Shown: piece by piece, positions 13,917 to 27,148 of the stretch
Position numbering within the stretch: the first letter of the stretch is position 1
Layout of the letters: the number at the start of each line of letters is the position of its first letter
DNA from: Auanema rhodensis
Lineage: Eukaryota; Animalia; Nematoda
DNA length: 64,000 nucleotides
Direction: 5' to 3'
Assembly: GCA_964057225.1 (NCBI GenBank)
Contig: OZ059898.1
Location: 6,324,001-6,388,000 of the forward strand
Notes under the pieces: generated by a model
What the model was told of the DNA's origin: nothing
What the model saw: the letters and a program-made list of their open reading frames with translations, nothing else
Database searches by the model: none
Translations under genes and position numbers: made by a program

Positions 13917-15804
13917 TAAAAGGTAATGGTAATAACCAACAATTCACTTTTCATATTTTCGAAAAATCTTCCTTTTTTCTTTTATTATGTGTGTTGTTGT
14001 CCATATACTAAACAAATTTATATGAAATTCATCGTTTTCTTGTCAATTCTATCATATATCAAGCTTTTCATAATGTTTTTATAAAGCTATAGTAGTTAGA
14101 TATATCGTAATATTTTAAACAAAACACTATAATTCATTTTATTTTTAAATTTTAAAAATATTTCTTAATCTTTTTGTATATTTTATCTATTTTAATATAT
14201 AATATATACGTGTATTTCATTAGAAACCTTACACTTTTTCTTGAACAATCTTCAGATTTGAAAGACACACACACATACATACACACTCGTGATTTTAGAT
14301 TTTTCTTTTTCAGTTTCAACTATATTTCCAATAGATGCTATCCATATTCAATTTTATTTTATATTAGAATTCAAATATTATTCAAAATTTTATTATATAA
14401 TTTAACTATCTACAATCTAAATTCATTAATCTCTTTTTTTTTATATTTTTATTTAAAAAAAACAATAAATTTTAAACAAAAAAAACGTTTTTGATCATTA
14501 CGTAGATAAATATATATTTATATGTATATAAAACTATTTTTAAAAGGTTTTTCATTCTTTAATCTTTTAAACTTTTCTTTTGACAATTAAGAAAACTGAA
14601 AATTTCTTCATTTTACTATAATAATTCTTTGAGTAATCAATTTGATTTTCCCACAGAGCAGCTCATCCCATTTTCAGCTCCTTCTTGAATGCTTTTATGA
14701 CTTTTCAAATAGAATTTCTTTATGCTTTTACGTAAAAAGCGGATTAGTTGAATTGATGTTCTGATGTAACTTAACTAACTAAATGTTTCTTCTGATCTAA
14801 AACTTGTTTTCTTTTGTTTTTTTTTTGATTTTAAAGAAATTTGTTTGTAAATCTGTTTTTGTTAATTCATTCAAATACAAATAAATCGTATTGCTAATTA
14901 GAAAAATTAATTAATTAATTTTAATCATTACCAGATTGAATTGGATTTTTCAAATAAAAGAAAATTGAAGAATGAATGAGTCTCATAGAAAAGAAAACAT
15001 TCACCCAGTTTCTTTTTTTTTTTGACTGTTGAAAGCCCTTTTCCGATTAAGAAGAAGATGTGGCTATCTACCGGTCTCTAGATCAAAGCAATCCGGTTGA
15101 AAAATTCAAGTTTTCATAAAAATCTTCCTCAATTTATTAAAGAAATTAATATTTTAATGTTTTTATAAACAATTTTCTTACCAAATCAATTAATGTTTAT
15201 ATAGAATCAAATTAGTTTTTAAATTCTTTGCTAACGCTATACGGCACAGCTACAACCGTTCGACATCAATCATATCCCATGAATGAGCTAGCCAAGTAGT
15301 GAATGCCAGTGAATTCGAGAAACCGACCATTACCGGCTAATATACAGAACAGATCTCACAACGATCTCACAACGATTTTCAACTTTTTTTTTCTGGATAA
15401 AAATAGAAAAATGAAAAAACGGTAATAGTTTAGGACCTGGATGGATATTTCATTATTTTGTGCTGACCGGCCTTGAAATTTGGCGTCTATTTCTATTCGT
15501 CTTCCATTGGACATCACGTTATTTGGAGAAACAATTCTCTCTTTCTCTATATGTCGTTCTCCCTCTATCTATGGCTCAATATGTCTCACATCCCCCCCGC
15601 ACCTCTTTTGGCCTCTCCTAATTCCTTATTCTCTGTGTTTCCTGTTAAAAAAGTTTTTGAAGAAAAAAAAGGAAAGAAAAGAACCGAATGGTTTTGGATG
15701 TAATAGATGGATGGGTATTGGTGGATAGTATGGTTAGAAATAAAGAAATGTCTTTATGTCTGTACGTACACGTTTTTCTAGGAGTATTATATGATTCTGA
15801 CCCT

Positions 15805-15805
<1 letters not shown>

Positions 15806-15862
<57 letters not shown>

Positions 15863-15875
15863 TCTCTCCCTCTCT
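15806..15875. repeat. (CT)n microsatellite
   Basis: Long TC run; produces spurious SLSLSL ORFs. Confidence 0.95.
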
Positions 15876-18800
15876 TTTCTTATCCTGTATCTATATTTTC
15901 ATGTTTTTTTTACGTGAGAACTTATATGAAGAAAGATGAATAATATAATTCATCATATAGTAAACAGATTAACTTTTATTTCATTTTCTTTTATCATAAC
16001 CTAAAACTTTTTTTTTCTATCTCTCAATAGCTTGCTGACTTAGATCAGCTGACGCATCTTTTGATGTCATTCCTATCATTCTTTTTAATGATTATGTAGT
16101 CTCCGTTGATGTCGTCTTCATTTTTATTTAATTTTTCAAAAAAAATAAATAATTTAATTCATAATGTATTGTTTAAAATTAAATAAAATGAATAACCATT
16201 CATATATAACATCTTCTACATCAACATCCTCATCATCATCATCTTCATCATCATCATCATCATCGACATCACAACTACCTCATCTTCACTCTCTTCAACG
16301 CTATTGTAGATATGTTGAACTCTTTTACATTTACAAAATTCACCATCATTAGACATCATCAGTGTGACAAAAATAAAAAATAGTCTGAATGTTACATCTG
16401 TATTTCTTCATTCTATCCTCTTTGCAAATTATTTTCATAACTTATATACCGACAAAAACATTTTTTTTCTTTCATTTTAGTAGAAATTTCTCTCATCTCT
16501 GAGTTAAACTTTTTTTAAATTTGACCAGAGGAAAAGACATGTACATATCTGAATTCTTTTGTCTTTTTTTTTCTGTTTTTTTGATCAAAAAAAAAATCTT
16601 TCTTTCAATGTTGTGCCACTAACATATTACATAGAAGATGTGCATATAGTATATTCTATTCTTTTGTTACAATCTATCTATCTATCTATCTATCTATCTA
16701 TATCTATATATGTATAAATATAAATGTTTATATCTTATAAATTAATGAATTTTCACATTTTTCTTCCACAAAAAAAAAGAAAATTCTTTATCATCAATCA
16801 GTTTAAAACTATTTTCTTCGTTTTAAATAACGAACGTGTTTGGTCATATATTTAGGATTTTGGCAACTGGCCGAATGATCATCGACATCGACATCCAGTT
16901 TTTGAGATACTAACATAGACCACAGCCAATTTTGGCGACACTTTCATCTATCCTCTGAACAGCTGAAAATTTTTCTTCATATAGTTAGAATGAATAAAAT
17001 AATCAATAATCCATAACTATACTATTTATAAAAATATTTTTTTATATATTTCTAATTCTAATTAATTAATTTATCTTATTATTATTTTGAATTATCTTCA
17101 TATGTATTCTGAAGCTATGATGATGATGATGATGATGAATTGACTCATTTTTACATTTTTTGAATTTGAAGACAATCAAACAGAAGAAAAAAAAACATTT
17201 CCATCAATTCAAAGTTGTAAAAGAAAATAAATTATTTTCTAATGACTCAAAGAAGCAGTTTGTTTTTTTTTTCTTTTAATTTCGATTGTATATGCCATAT
17301 TCTAGGTCATAGTCATTTTTATTATAAATAATAAGTAGTATACTATATTCTATTTTTTCTTTTTTTTTTTTAAATTTTATTCTTTATATTTTTCTTATTT
17401 CTTTTCTTTATCTTTACATATTTATATTCATCTGATACATATCTTAATATCCATTAACTATATATTTTTTAATTTTAAAAATATTTTTTTATATAATTAA
17501 CATAAAATATATTTTTTTTCAAATATTTTATCAAAGATTTTGGAATGTTGTTTGTCTATGTTTTTAACAATAAAAAAAAACCCATTTTTCCAGCCCTATT
17601 CTAACAACAGTTTTAGTTAGTATACGTTGGACGTAAAAGGTCATCTGTCCAATCAAAAAATACACAAACTCTTCAAACCATCTTCTTGATTTCATTTTTC
17701 GTTATATGGAGAACCATATAACCATACCTCTTCATCCGGTTTTCATTTACAAAAAAATCGAAATTTATGGCATTAAAACGTTTTAGCTTCCTTCCTTTAT
17801 CTGATTTTTTTCACATTTTTTTCCGTCCAAATATATTTTCTACATACATTTCATTCACACAAATACATAGATAGATAGAAGATACATACTATATGTATAT
17901 ACATATCTATATGTATATTTGACCTTCATTTCATTAATTTTTTATAAAAATTTTGATTTTTCTAATACGATAATCTAATGTTTAGATTGAAATATATCTT
18001 CTTGACCTCTTCTATTAATTACAATTTTAAAATAAAAAAAAAAGAAAAATAGTATTTCTTTCTCAAAAGAATATAATTAGTTTAACTTGAAATCTGATTG
18101 ATAATCCGATTTTAATCTATCTTCATGTCATTTATAATCTATAATCTAATATATACATATATGTATATCTAATGTCATCCATACTATACTAACAATATGT
18201 TTTTCAAATTTCTAAAGCCTTAAAGTTATAAAATACAATATAAACTATATTTTTGTATATTTGAAATCAAATATAAAAATTTTGAAATAATCAATCATAT
18301 ACCATATTGGATTTTTTTATAATTTTATAAATACAGTAAGACATACAGACATGTATGTTTCAACTTATTATAACTTAGACGATAGATTTTGAATTGTTCA
18401 TTCTCATACGTTTCCCAAATTTTTTTCCTCAAAATATTTTGTGTTGTCCTTTATATTTTTTTGAAAATATAAGTTTGATTGGATGGACTCATGTGTGTCA
18501 CCTTTTGGAAAAATTCTTAAAAGACTTCCGAAAAATGAAATGATGTAATTGTTTTAATCAAAGAAAGCAAGAAGCAAATGGACACTTGATCTCTCTCTCT
18601 CTCTCTATTTCTCTTTATTTCTTATATTCTTTTTGATATTTTTCAAAATCAATTAATCAATCAAAAAATTTCTATTTTAAACTTATATGTATATAACTAT
18701 TTTCTTATTTATATATAAATCTATAATTATTTTAAAATTTAATGTAATTAATTAATATTTATTATTATTATTATTATATAAATAATAATATAGTATATAT

Positions 18801-19967
18801 ACATATACATACATATGTTTCTTTTTTTCTTAATAAAAAAAAGTTTTTATTTTATTTAACATAGTATATCTGTTGATTAATTATTTTATTAATCCAGCTG
18901 TTTAAATACATTCAACTTCTTCTTCTTTTTTTTTTGTAAAATTTTGATCACAAATATCTATTTATATTCAATATTTAATATATTAAGTATTAAACATTCA
19001 TTATTCATTTCTGAAATAAGTAATTAGAACTTTAATGCCCTCAAGGTATCTTAGTGATTTTTTTCTTCTTGTAGCCTCTAGAATATGTCTTTTCTCTTTC
19101 TTCTTCTTATGCATTGTCTTCTTCGTCTGTTTAATATTTCTTTTCCAAATAAAGGCATAATTAACAATCAAATCTTTTATAATATAACCTATATATTACA
19201 TTCATACTAATAGTTAGAAAAAAAAAACAAAAAAAATGAATAATTAATTAATTTTTCCGCGAAAAAAAAAGAAAGATTTGAACATCACCTTGAATTCAAT
19301 TTTTTGAATGAATTTATTGGATATGTAATGATGAAATACATTCATGAATAGAATTCAATCTGATCTTACAATCCAAACATATTTCTTCATGTTCTAGTTA
19401 AATGTCCTCTCAGTATTATTCTAAGCTTTTTCAGTTTTTCTTTATTATTATTCTTAAAACCAATATCATGAAACATTTAGTTTTATAAAAGAATTAGAAT
19501 GTAAAATAATATTTTCTTGAGAAAAAAAAAGCAAAAGAAATAAAATTTTTCTTTTTTCTATAAAAAAAAAGATTTGTTCACATAGTATGCTTAACTATAC
19601 TAACTTTTCAAAAACATTTTTACCATTTAGCCTTTCTCTTAGAAAACTGGGTTAATATTAGATTTTATTATCGTTTTTTTGGAAATAAAGTTTTATGAAT
19701 AAAATTGGTTATAACATAAAGTACATATCGTTAACAGGATATATGAATATATACATATATACATCTATATATATACTAAATGTATTATAAAAGAATAATT
19801 TTAAATGTTTTCCTTATATACTTTATCGTTTTTTATTTTTTTTTTATTCTTCATCTTCTTCGTCTTTCTTAACTCCTCTTCTTCATACATCTTATGACAA
19901 ATCTTTAAACCAGCAGAATAAAAGAGAGAAAGAGGTAGTACAGGAGATCAATGAGACAAAAAGAATT

Positions 19968-19971
<4 letters not shown>

Positions 19972-20020
<49 letters not shown>
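19972..20020. repeat. (GA)n microsatellite
   Basis: Perfect run of ~24 units. Confidence 0.95.
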
Positions 20021-20023
<3 letters not shown>

Positions 20024-21621
20024 GGTAGAGGGAACAGGATCATTATACAAGATAGTGTGCTTTAGCTACTTTTACGATAATTCTTTTTCCTTTAATCATC
20101 TTGGTTTTTTTTAATCTACATTGATCCTTATTCTACCATTAATAATATAATATAAATTATTTCATAATAAGTTTCTTGAATAATCTATAAAGTTGAGTAA
20201 AAAAAAAATATTATTCGAATAAAAAAAATGTTCATAAATGGGATTATTGCACATTCCGACCATCTCCAATGAAAAATCGAATATACATACTTACATATCT
20301 TACCCACCAAGTATTCTTTTTCATTCAATTTAAATTTTCTTTCATAAAATAAAAAATATTATTATTAAATAAATTTAGATATAACATATCCTTCTATTTA
20401 CAATTATTCTTCTTTAATTCAAAGTTAAATATATTTTTTCTAATATTTATAATATATATTATATATTATATGTATATAATATTCTAAATAATATAAAATC
20501 TATTTTATAAGAAAATAATAATTAAAGCTTGTTTCATCTTGTATGACGATCTTATGAATATCATCTTAAAATCTTTAAATTCCATTTTATTTCCAAAATA
20601 AGTTTTACTAAAGTTTACAAAATCTTTTCTCAAATACACACATACTTTCATAGAATTTTTTTTAATTTAAACAATCTATTCATTTTACGTATTTGGAAAT
20701 ATGAGAACTTTTCTTTGAGCATAATTAAATTTCTGAAAAAAAAAATTTTTTTTTTAATATTACAAGAGAGTTGAACTTGGGTTTTCGTCTTTTCTTTTCT
20801 TCAGAGTTTCTTTTCACATTGTATGTATATACAAGTATATCTTTAAGATGAACATTTCATTATATAATCAGGTTTTATTTTATTTTTACTTTTATAGTAA
20901 TGTACATCTCTATATACATATAGTATATACATATAGTATATTTCCATATTTATACTATATTAACTATTTATTTTATATTTTTTCTTTATTTATTATTATT
21001 TTTTTCAAAGAATATACATATATGTGTATAGATATTTATATATTTATATAATATATTTATTTATAGATCATCTATCATATATTCTTTCACTTCTACTAGC
21101 CATTCACCCCCACCCTTCTCTCTCTCTCTATCTCTCTCTCTTCTTTTCTTTTACTCCCTTTTTCGTCTTCTTTTTTTTATTCCAAACAGGACCATATAAA
21201 GAAGAAGCATTATCACTATCTCTTTACTATATACTATGCATAGTATACATACTGTTAACATGGTCAAATATATTCATTCATAACTATTTCTATATTGAAT
21301 ATTAGTTTTGTTATCCAACAACCTTACAACCTATACCACATTTTTCAATTCAAATACATATATTCTTCAAACTAGCAGCAGCTAACTCATTTATACCTCT
21401 TGGAATTAACTCAAACAATTGCTATTTCTATCGTGATCATCTATCCGCACATAGAACTACTCTAAACATCTGGTTATAAAGCAATAAGCAGTTATTTTTT
21501 TTTTGCTGAAAGAATAATTTTATTAATATTACATCTCTGAAATCTCTCTAAAAATGACAGAAATAATAAATTTTATACTAGTTTTCTTCAATCTTTTCTC
21601 TATTATATCTTACTCTTTATA

Positions 21622-21622
21622 T

Positions 21623-21674
<52 letters not shown>
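21622..21674. repeat. (CT)n microsatellite
   Basis: Near-perfect run. Confidence 0.9.
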
Positions 21675-21678
<4 letters not shown>

Positions 21679-24600
21679 CATACCATTCCTTTTACTTCTG
21701 ATGAACACCCTCTCAAAACTTTTTTTTCTCTCCCTCTAACTAGCTTCTTTAAATTTCTTTTTTTGTCTTTTGTCTTTCTCTCTGCCCTCTCTCAACATCT
21801 GTACTTTGTTATAGACGGAAAGCTCAACGTCGTGTGAAGTTCCCATGAATGGCAATGATTTTCAACCGAGTAAAATCCAAATATTTGGATGAAAATTGCC
21901 TTTTCCTAATATTAAAAAATATGTTTTCATATTCCTATTTCTATCTTTGTCGTCCATATTCGTCTTATAGAATATTATGTATATAATGATATATAATAGT
22001 TATCTATATAAACTATATGAATAGTATTCATATCCAATTTATAGAAGACAAACATAACAGAAAAACTTATTCGTACATCAAGTTCATGAAATTAGTATCC
22101 ATTTTCCTAGATCTCAATGAACAATGATGAGTATTGGGACATGATCATCAACTATTCGCTTATATCGTCTCTTGTACTAATCCTTTTTCTGATAATTTAA
22201 ACTTTTTTTATAGTACATATAATGTTTAGATAGATCATTTTCTCTCTCTCAAATCTCTCTCAATTCTCTCCCTCCCAATTATCTCTCTCTCTCAATTCTC
22301 TCCCTCTCAATGATCTTTCTCAATTTTAACTTTTTATCAGAATATATGATTGTTTGTAAAAAAAAATTCAATTCGTTGCTCATCTGATAATTATTCTATC
22401 TATACTATCATTTCCTTTTTTTAAATTTATCTTTTAATTATATAATATAGACATACTATAGTTTATGATTAGAATTGACAAGATGATATGAAAGGAATCG
22501 TTTACTTGTAATTCATGAAAAAACTAAAATCTTTATTTTGCCATTGAATTGACCATGAAAATCACAGAATTGTCTTCTTCATTTAATAGTTTTTTTTTGA
22601 TTTTTATTTAAAACTTAAAATTTTATAATTCATCATATAGTTTAATACAATAAATTTTATTAGTATTTATTATATGTTATAAATTAATTTTAATAGCATA
22701 TTCCTTAGCTTAATAAGCTAGATTATCTAATTTTTTATGTTGATCATCTGATTTCATTTTCGTTATTAATCTGATTCTCATTCTATCTAGTTTTCTTTGA
22801 GTACGAATAATGAATTTGACTTCAATCATAGTCTCTGTCTCCAAATTCCTATTGTATATTCAGAAAATTTATTTGTTGAACAATGTTTTTTTCTATTCAT
22901 CTTCAAACATTTTGATTAATTCGATTTTTTTTTCTTCAAAATCAGTTGACTGAAACTAAAAAGTTGAAGATTAATATATATATATATATATATTTATTCA
23001 AATTGATCATCACACGTGATATCAAAATGATTTCATGTCAAATATTTTATTTTTTAGACTTAAATCATGAGGAACGGTTGTATTGTTTGTCACTTTTTCT
23101 CTTCAATAGTCTCTCTCTCTTCCTCTCTCTCTCTCTCTCTCTCTCTCTTCTACCCTCTCTCTTCATTTTTCAGTTGAAATAATCCAAGTTCATTCATATA
23201 AACTTTTCTTTTGAATACTCACAAATTTTCAATGACATCCATTAATAAATTCAAATTTAATCTAATTTATTAATGAAATAGTTAAGAAATAAATGTAAGA
23301 AGAAGAAAATATATCAAGGAAATAGCTTCTGAATGGTTTAGTTTGCCTTTTCCTTTGAGAAATTCATATTACTGTCTTCTTCCCATCAAATCCGGCCCAT
23401 AAAATTATATCTCTTCTGATGTCTCTCTCTCATAAGATGAACGTTGTCGTCCAGCAGCCGGTCCGATACCGTTTTTTTTGCCGTTCCGTTCAGTTCAGCA
23501 TCGTTTCGCATTAATTTTACGTGTAAAATAATCGTAAACGGGCAACAAAACGAGTAAAAAAAAGATGAAAAAAAGAAAGACTGTAAGATATTTGAGAATG
23601 AGAAATAGTCAAATGAATATTGAATTTGAAGAGGGTGTTAGAAGAATTGAACTTCTCTAACTATTCTCTTCAATCATTTGGCTAATCTTTTTATATTTTC
23701 TTTACTTTTTTCCCATTTACTCTATTTCTCTCTTTTTCTCTCTTTCATTTCTAACATTACTTATTTAATCTATCATTTTCTTATTCTCTATCTCTCTATA
23801 TACTTCTCCCTCTCTATATCTCTCTCTCTCTCTCTATCTTTTCTTTTTTTTATAAGTTTATATTCTTTATTTCTCTTCTTAACCATTTTCCATTTAATTC
23901 TATGTCGTTCTTATAATCAAAAGTTGGCTGCGTGGGATCAAGTTGACCACCCAAACAGTCATACCACAATCTTTTTTTAAAATGAAATATCTTTTCAAAT
24001 GTATTTCTGTTTGCCATAATAAAGTTTCCTCTTTGTCATTATTGTCGTTTTCATCATCATCATCATCATGATTCTCTTCTTTTTCGTCTTCTTCTTCATT
24101 TTCTTGACCATATACTGTTATTTTTCTTTTCTTTTGTATTTTATATACAATACTATAACAAAATATATATTGATATTGAAAATATAATTAACTAAATTAT
24201 GAAAGAAAGAAAAATATTTTATTTTTTTTTGCCAACAAAACACAAAATATATTCTGATGTATGTTGTGTTTGAACAAAATATCAAAAACTTTAAAGAATT
24301 TATTGTTTGATTTGTTTTAGATTAAGAATTTTTTCTCATTCAAATCTCTATCCAATTGCTCCAAAAGTATTTTTTTTATGACATTGTTGCTAGTTATTTG
24401 AAGTATTGGGGATGAAATGATGATTTCAAGTATTTCTTGTTTCCTCATTTTATTAGAAAAAAAAAACATTTGAAATCTAATTGTATGAAAAAGCTGGATG
24501 ATTCGAGATGTATATTCATGAAATCTTATAGATATGAAGGCTACTTCTCTTCTAGCTTTTCTCATCATCATCTTCGAAATGAATCGCCATCGCACATCGT

Positions 24601-27138
24601 ATACATCTTTCTTAGATTTTCTTGTAAGGATCATCAATATGATTATTAGAATATTCTTTTGGAATGAACAAAAATGTGTTTTCGGACAAGCAACCGAAGA
24701 CACTTTTACAGATTTGAATGAGATGATGACGTTCTACCAGTTTTCATATCAGCTTTTTCCGATCTTCTATTCGATCCCTCCGATAGTTTTTGTATCACTT
24801 TTGTATATTAACTATATGTATACTTATATTATATATTATATAAATATACTATATATGAGACATTAACTTAACTATATCATATATTTAATTACTATAAACA
24901 TAACTTACATATAGTTAGTTATTTATATGTATTTTTCATGAACATTCATGTACATACATATATGTACATCTATAGTTTCTTTGTGATGATTTGGAAACTA
25001 ATTATTTCTAGAAATTTATGGAACGATTGTAGAAAAGACAAGTAGTCATCTAAGGGAAAAGCCGTAACTATACGGTAGAAACGAAGAGAGGTGTTCTTGT
25101 ACCCTTTTTAACTGCTTCCCTTCTCTCTCTCTCTCTCTCTCAAGTCCCCCTCCCTTTCTCTCTCAAGTCTCCCTCCCTCTCTCTCTCTCTCTTTATCCCC
25201 CACCCCTCTCTCCTTCTATGACATTCATTATCTATCTATCTAGTTATATTTACTCGATTATGTGCTCTCAATCGTATTCTCTCTATTTATCTCTTTTTCT
25301 TTTTTTTCTTTCCTTATCCTTAACTACCAGCTGTTTTTGACATTTTTATTCATTTTTTCTCTTCTTCTCTCACCTCGATTTTCATCTCTCTTCAAATCCA
25401 TCCTCATTTATTCCCTCTTTCGTTTTCTTTTTTTCTTTTCATCATACCATCCCTCTCTCTTTCTTACTCTCACTATTTCAGTCAACATCTTTTCTCTTTT
25501 ACTATTATTTCCAGTTTTGTTAGCTAAGATATATTCTTATATAGTTTGCCATCAACATAGACGACAGACATTTTCGTCAAAAGCTAATTTGGTTTTCATG
25601 TGTATAACCCTTTTCGAGTAGTACAGTGTGACTGTCTGGTCCTACAACTACAATCTTCCTCTACTCTTATATCGTCATCTGCTACTTCTGCTTTTGCCCT
25701 TCTTCATCATCCAATCTTATTACTTTAGCCAACCAAGTCGAAGTTGATTCATAAATAGAACTGTATAAAGTATGAAGAAACAAACAGAAAGCTTTTATCT
25801 ATTCAGCTCATCTTCCCACCCCCTCTCCTTCCTATTTCCTCTCTCTTAATCTTTTTCTCTCTTTATATATATCTCTCTATCTTTTCCTTTTTTAACTATT
25901 ATCTTCATAGTTACTTTCTATAAATCTATCTCTTTATATTCTATTTCTCTTATTCTCTTACATTGTGTTTATATTTCACAAACATATTACTTCATCTATT
26001 CATAATTATTTTTTTCTTTTCAACTCTCATCCCTTGTGCTAACTGTTTCATCTACTTCTATACTTCTTCTCTTATTCCATCACTACATTCACTTCTATCC
26101 TTATTTCTTATTTGGACAACGGAATGCCAAAACGATTTCCAGTTCTTTTGCCATCGGGCTGGCTTTGCAAAAGCGAATCTGAGTGGGCTTTCATACATGT
26201 TCAAGCAACGGTCTCAATTTCGGTAGCTCCTCCTTCATCTTTTACTCCTTTTGTTTTTCAAATTCAATTTTATTTGTTTTTTTCAAATATTTTGAATGTA
26301 AATATATAAAGTTTCAATAATTTTTTTTATGAAAGATGCAGAGAGATGCATGCATAGCTTACTGCTTATACGATTTTTTTTCCTAAAAACAAACATTTAC
26401 ATTGATATTTATTTTATTTTAATTTCTTATTTTCTTATAAAAAATATTTATATGTATATATATTCAGAAAAAAATAATAAATTTTCTTGCTTACATCCTT
26501 AACAGCCTTATCTTATGTTCGCATCCCTCAGCACAGTGTAATGTACCGGTTTGTACCATCTTCAAACTATAGTTAAAATCTTTTTTTTTTTTTTTTTCAT
26601 TTTTGAAATCATTTTTATCATAATTTATAATTTAAACAACAAACTATATTAAATATAATTTATATTAAAATCTAATATACATATGTATATACATAAATAC
26701 ATATATGTATATATATATGGAAATATGATAAGCAAATTCCATAACAATCTTGCTTACTTACATCTCTTTATCAAATAATTAATGTTTATTACTTATATGT
26801 ATATATGAATATTAATTATAATCAATATATTTTAAATTGGTAATCAAACTCTTCTTCTTCATTTTCATTTCTCTTTTTCTCTCATTTTCTGATTATATTC
26901 TTCTTCTGATTGATTATTTTTCTGTTATCAGAATATTTCCATAGGTGATTTGATAACTTGCTCGTTTTTAATTTCTTCAATCACATAAAAATCATTTTAT
27001 TTTCAATTTCATTACAAAATGCATATTTTTCCATTTATTTTCTTAAATTTTTTAGTATTTTATTCCTTAGTTCTATGTAATTTATTTATTTCTATTCTAT
27101 TATTTAACTATAATTTGATTTTTATTTATTTTCATCTT

Positions 27139-27145
27139 ATTTCAG
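27139..27145 (+). promoter_or_regulatory. Probable SL trans-splice (or 5'UTR intron) acceptor of the BED gene
   Basis: ATTTCAG lies 3 nt before the ATG, after a long U-rich outron-like stretch. Confidence 0.55.
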
Positions 27146-27148
27146 CTC

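Noticed and set aside
14174-26309. Numerous 60-130 aa Phe/Leu/Ser/Ile-rich ORFs, including 24317-24866
   Set aside because: Products of CT microsatellites and T-rich DNA, with no consistent exon chain or domain motifs.
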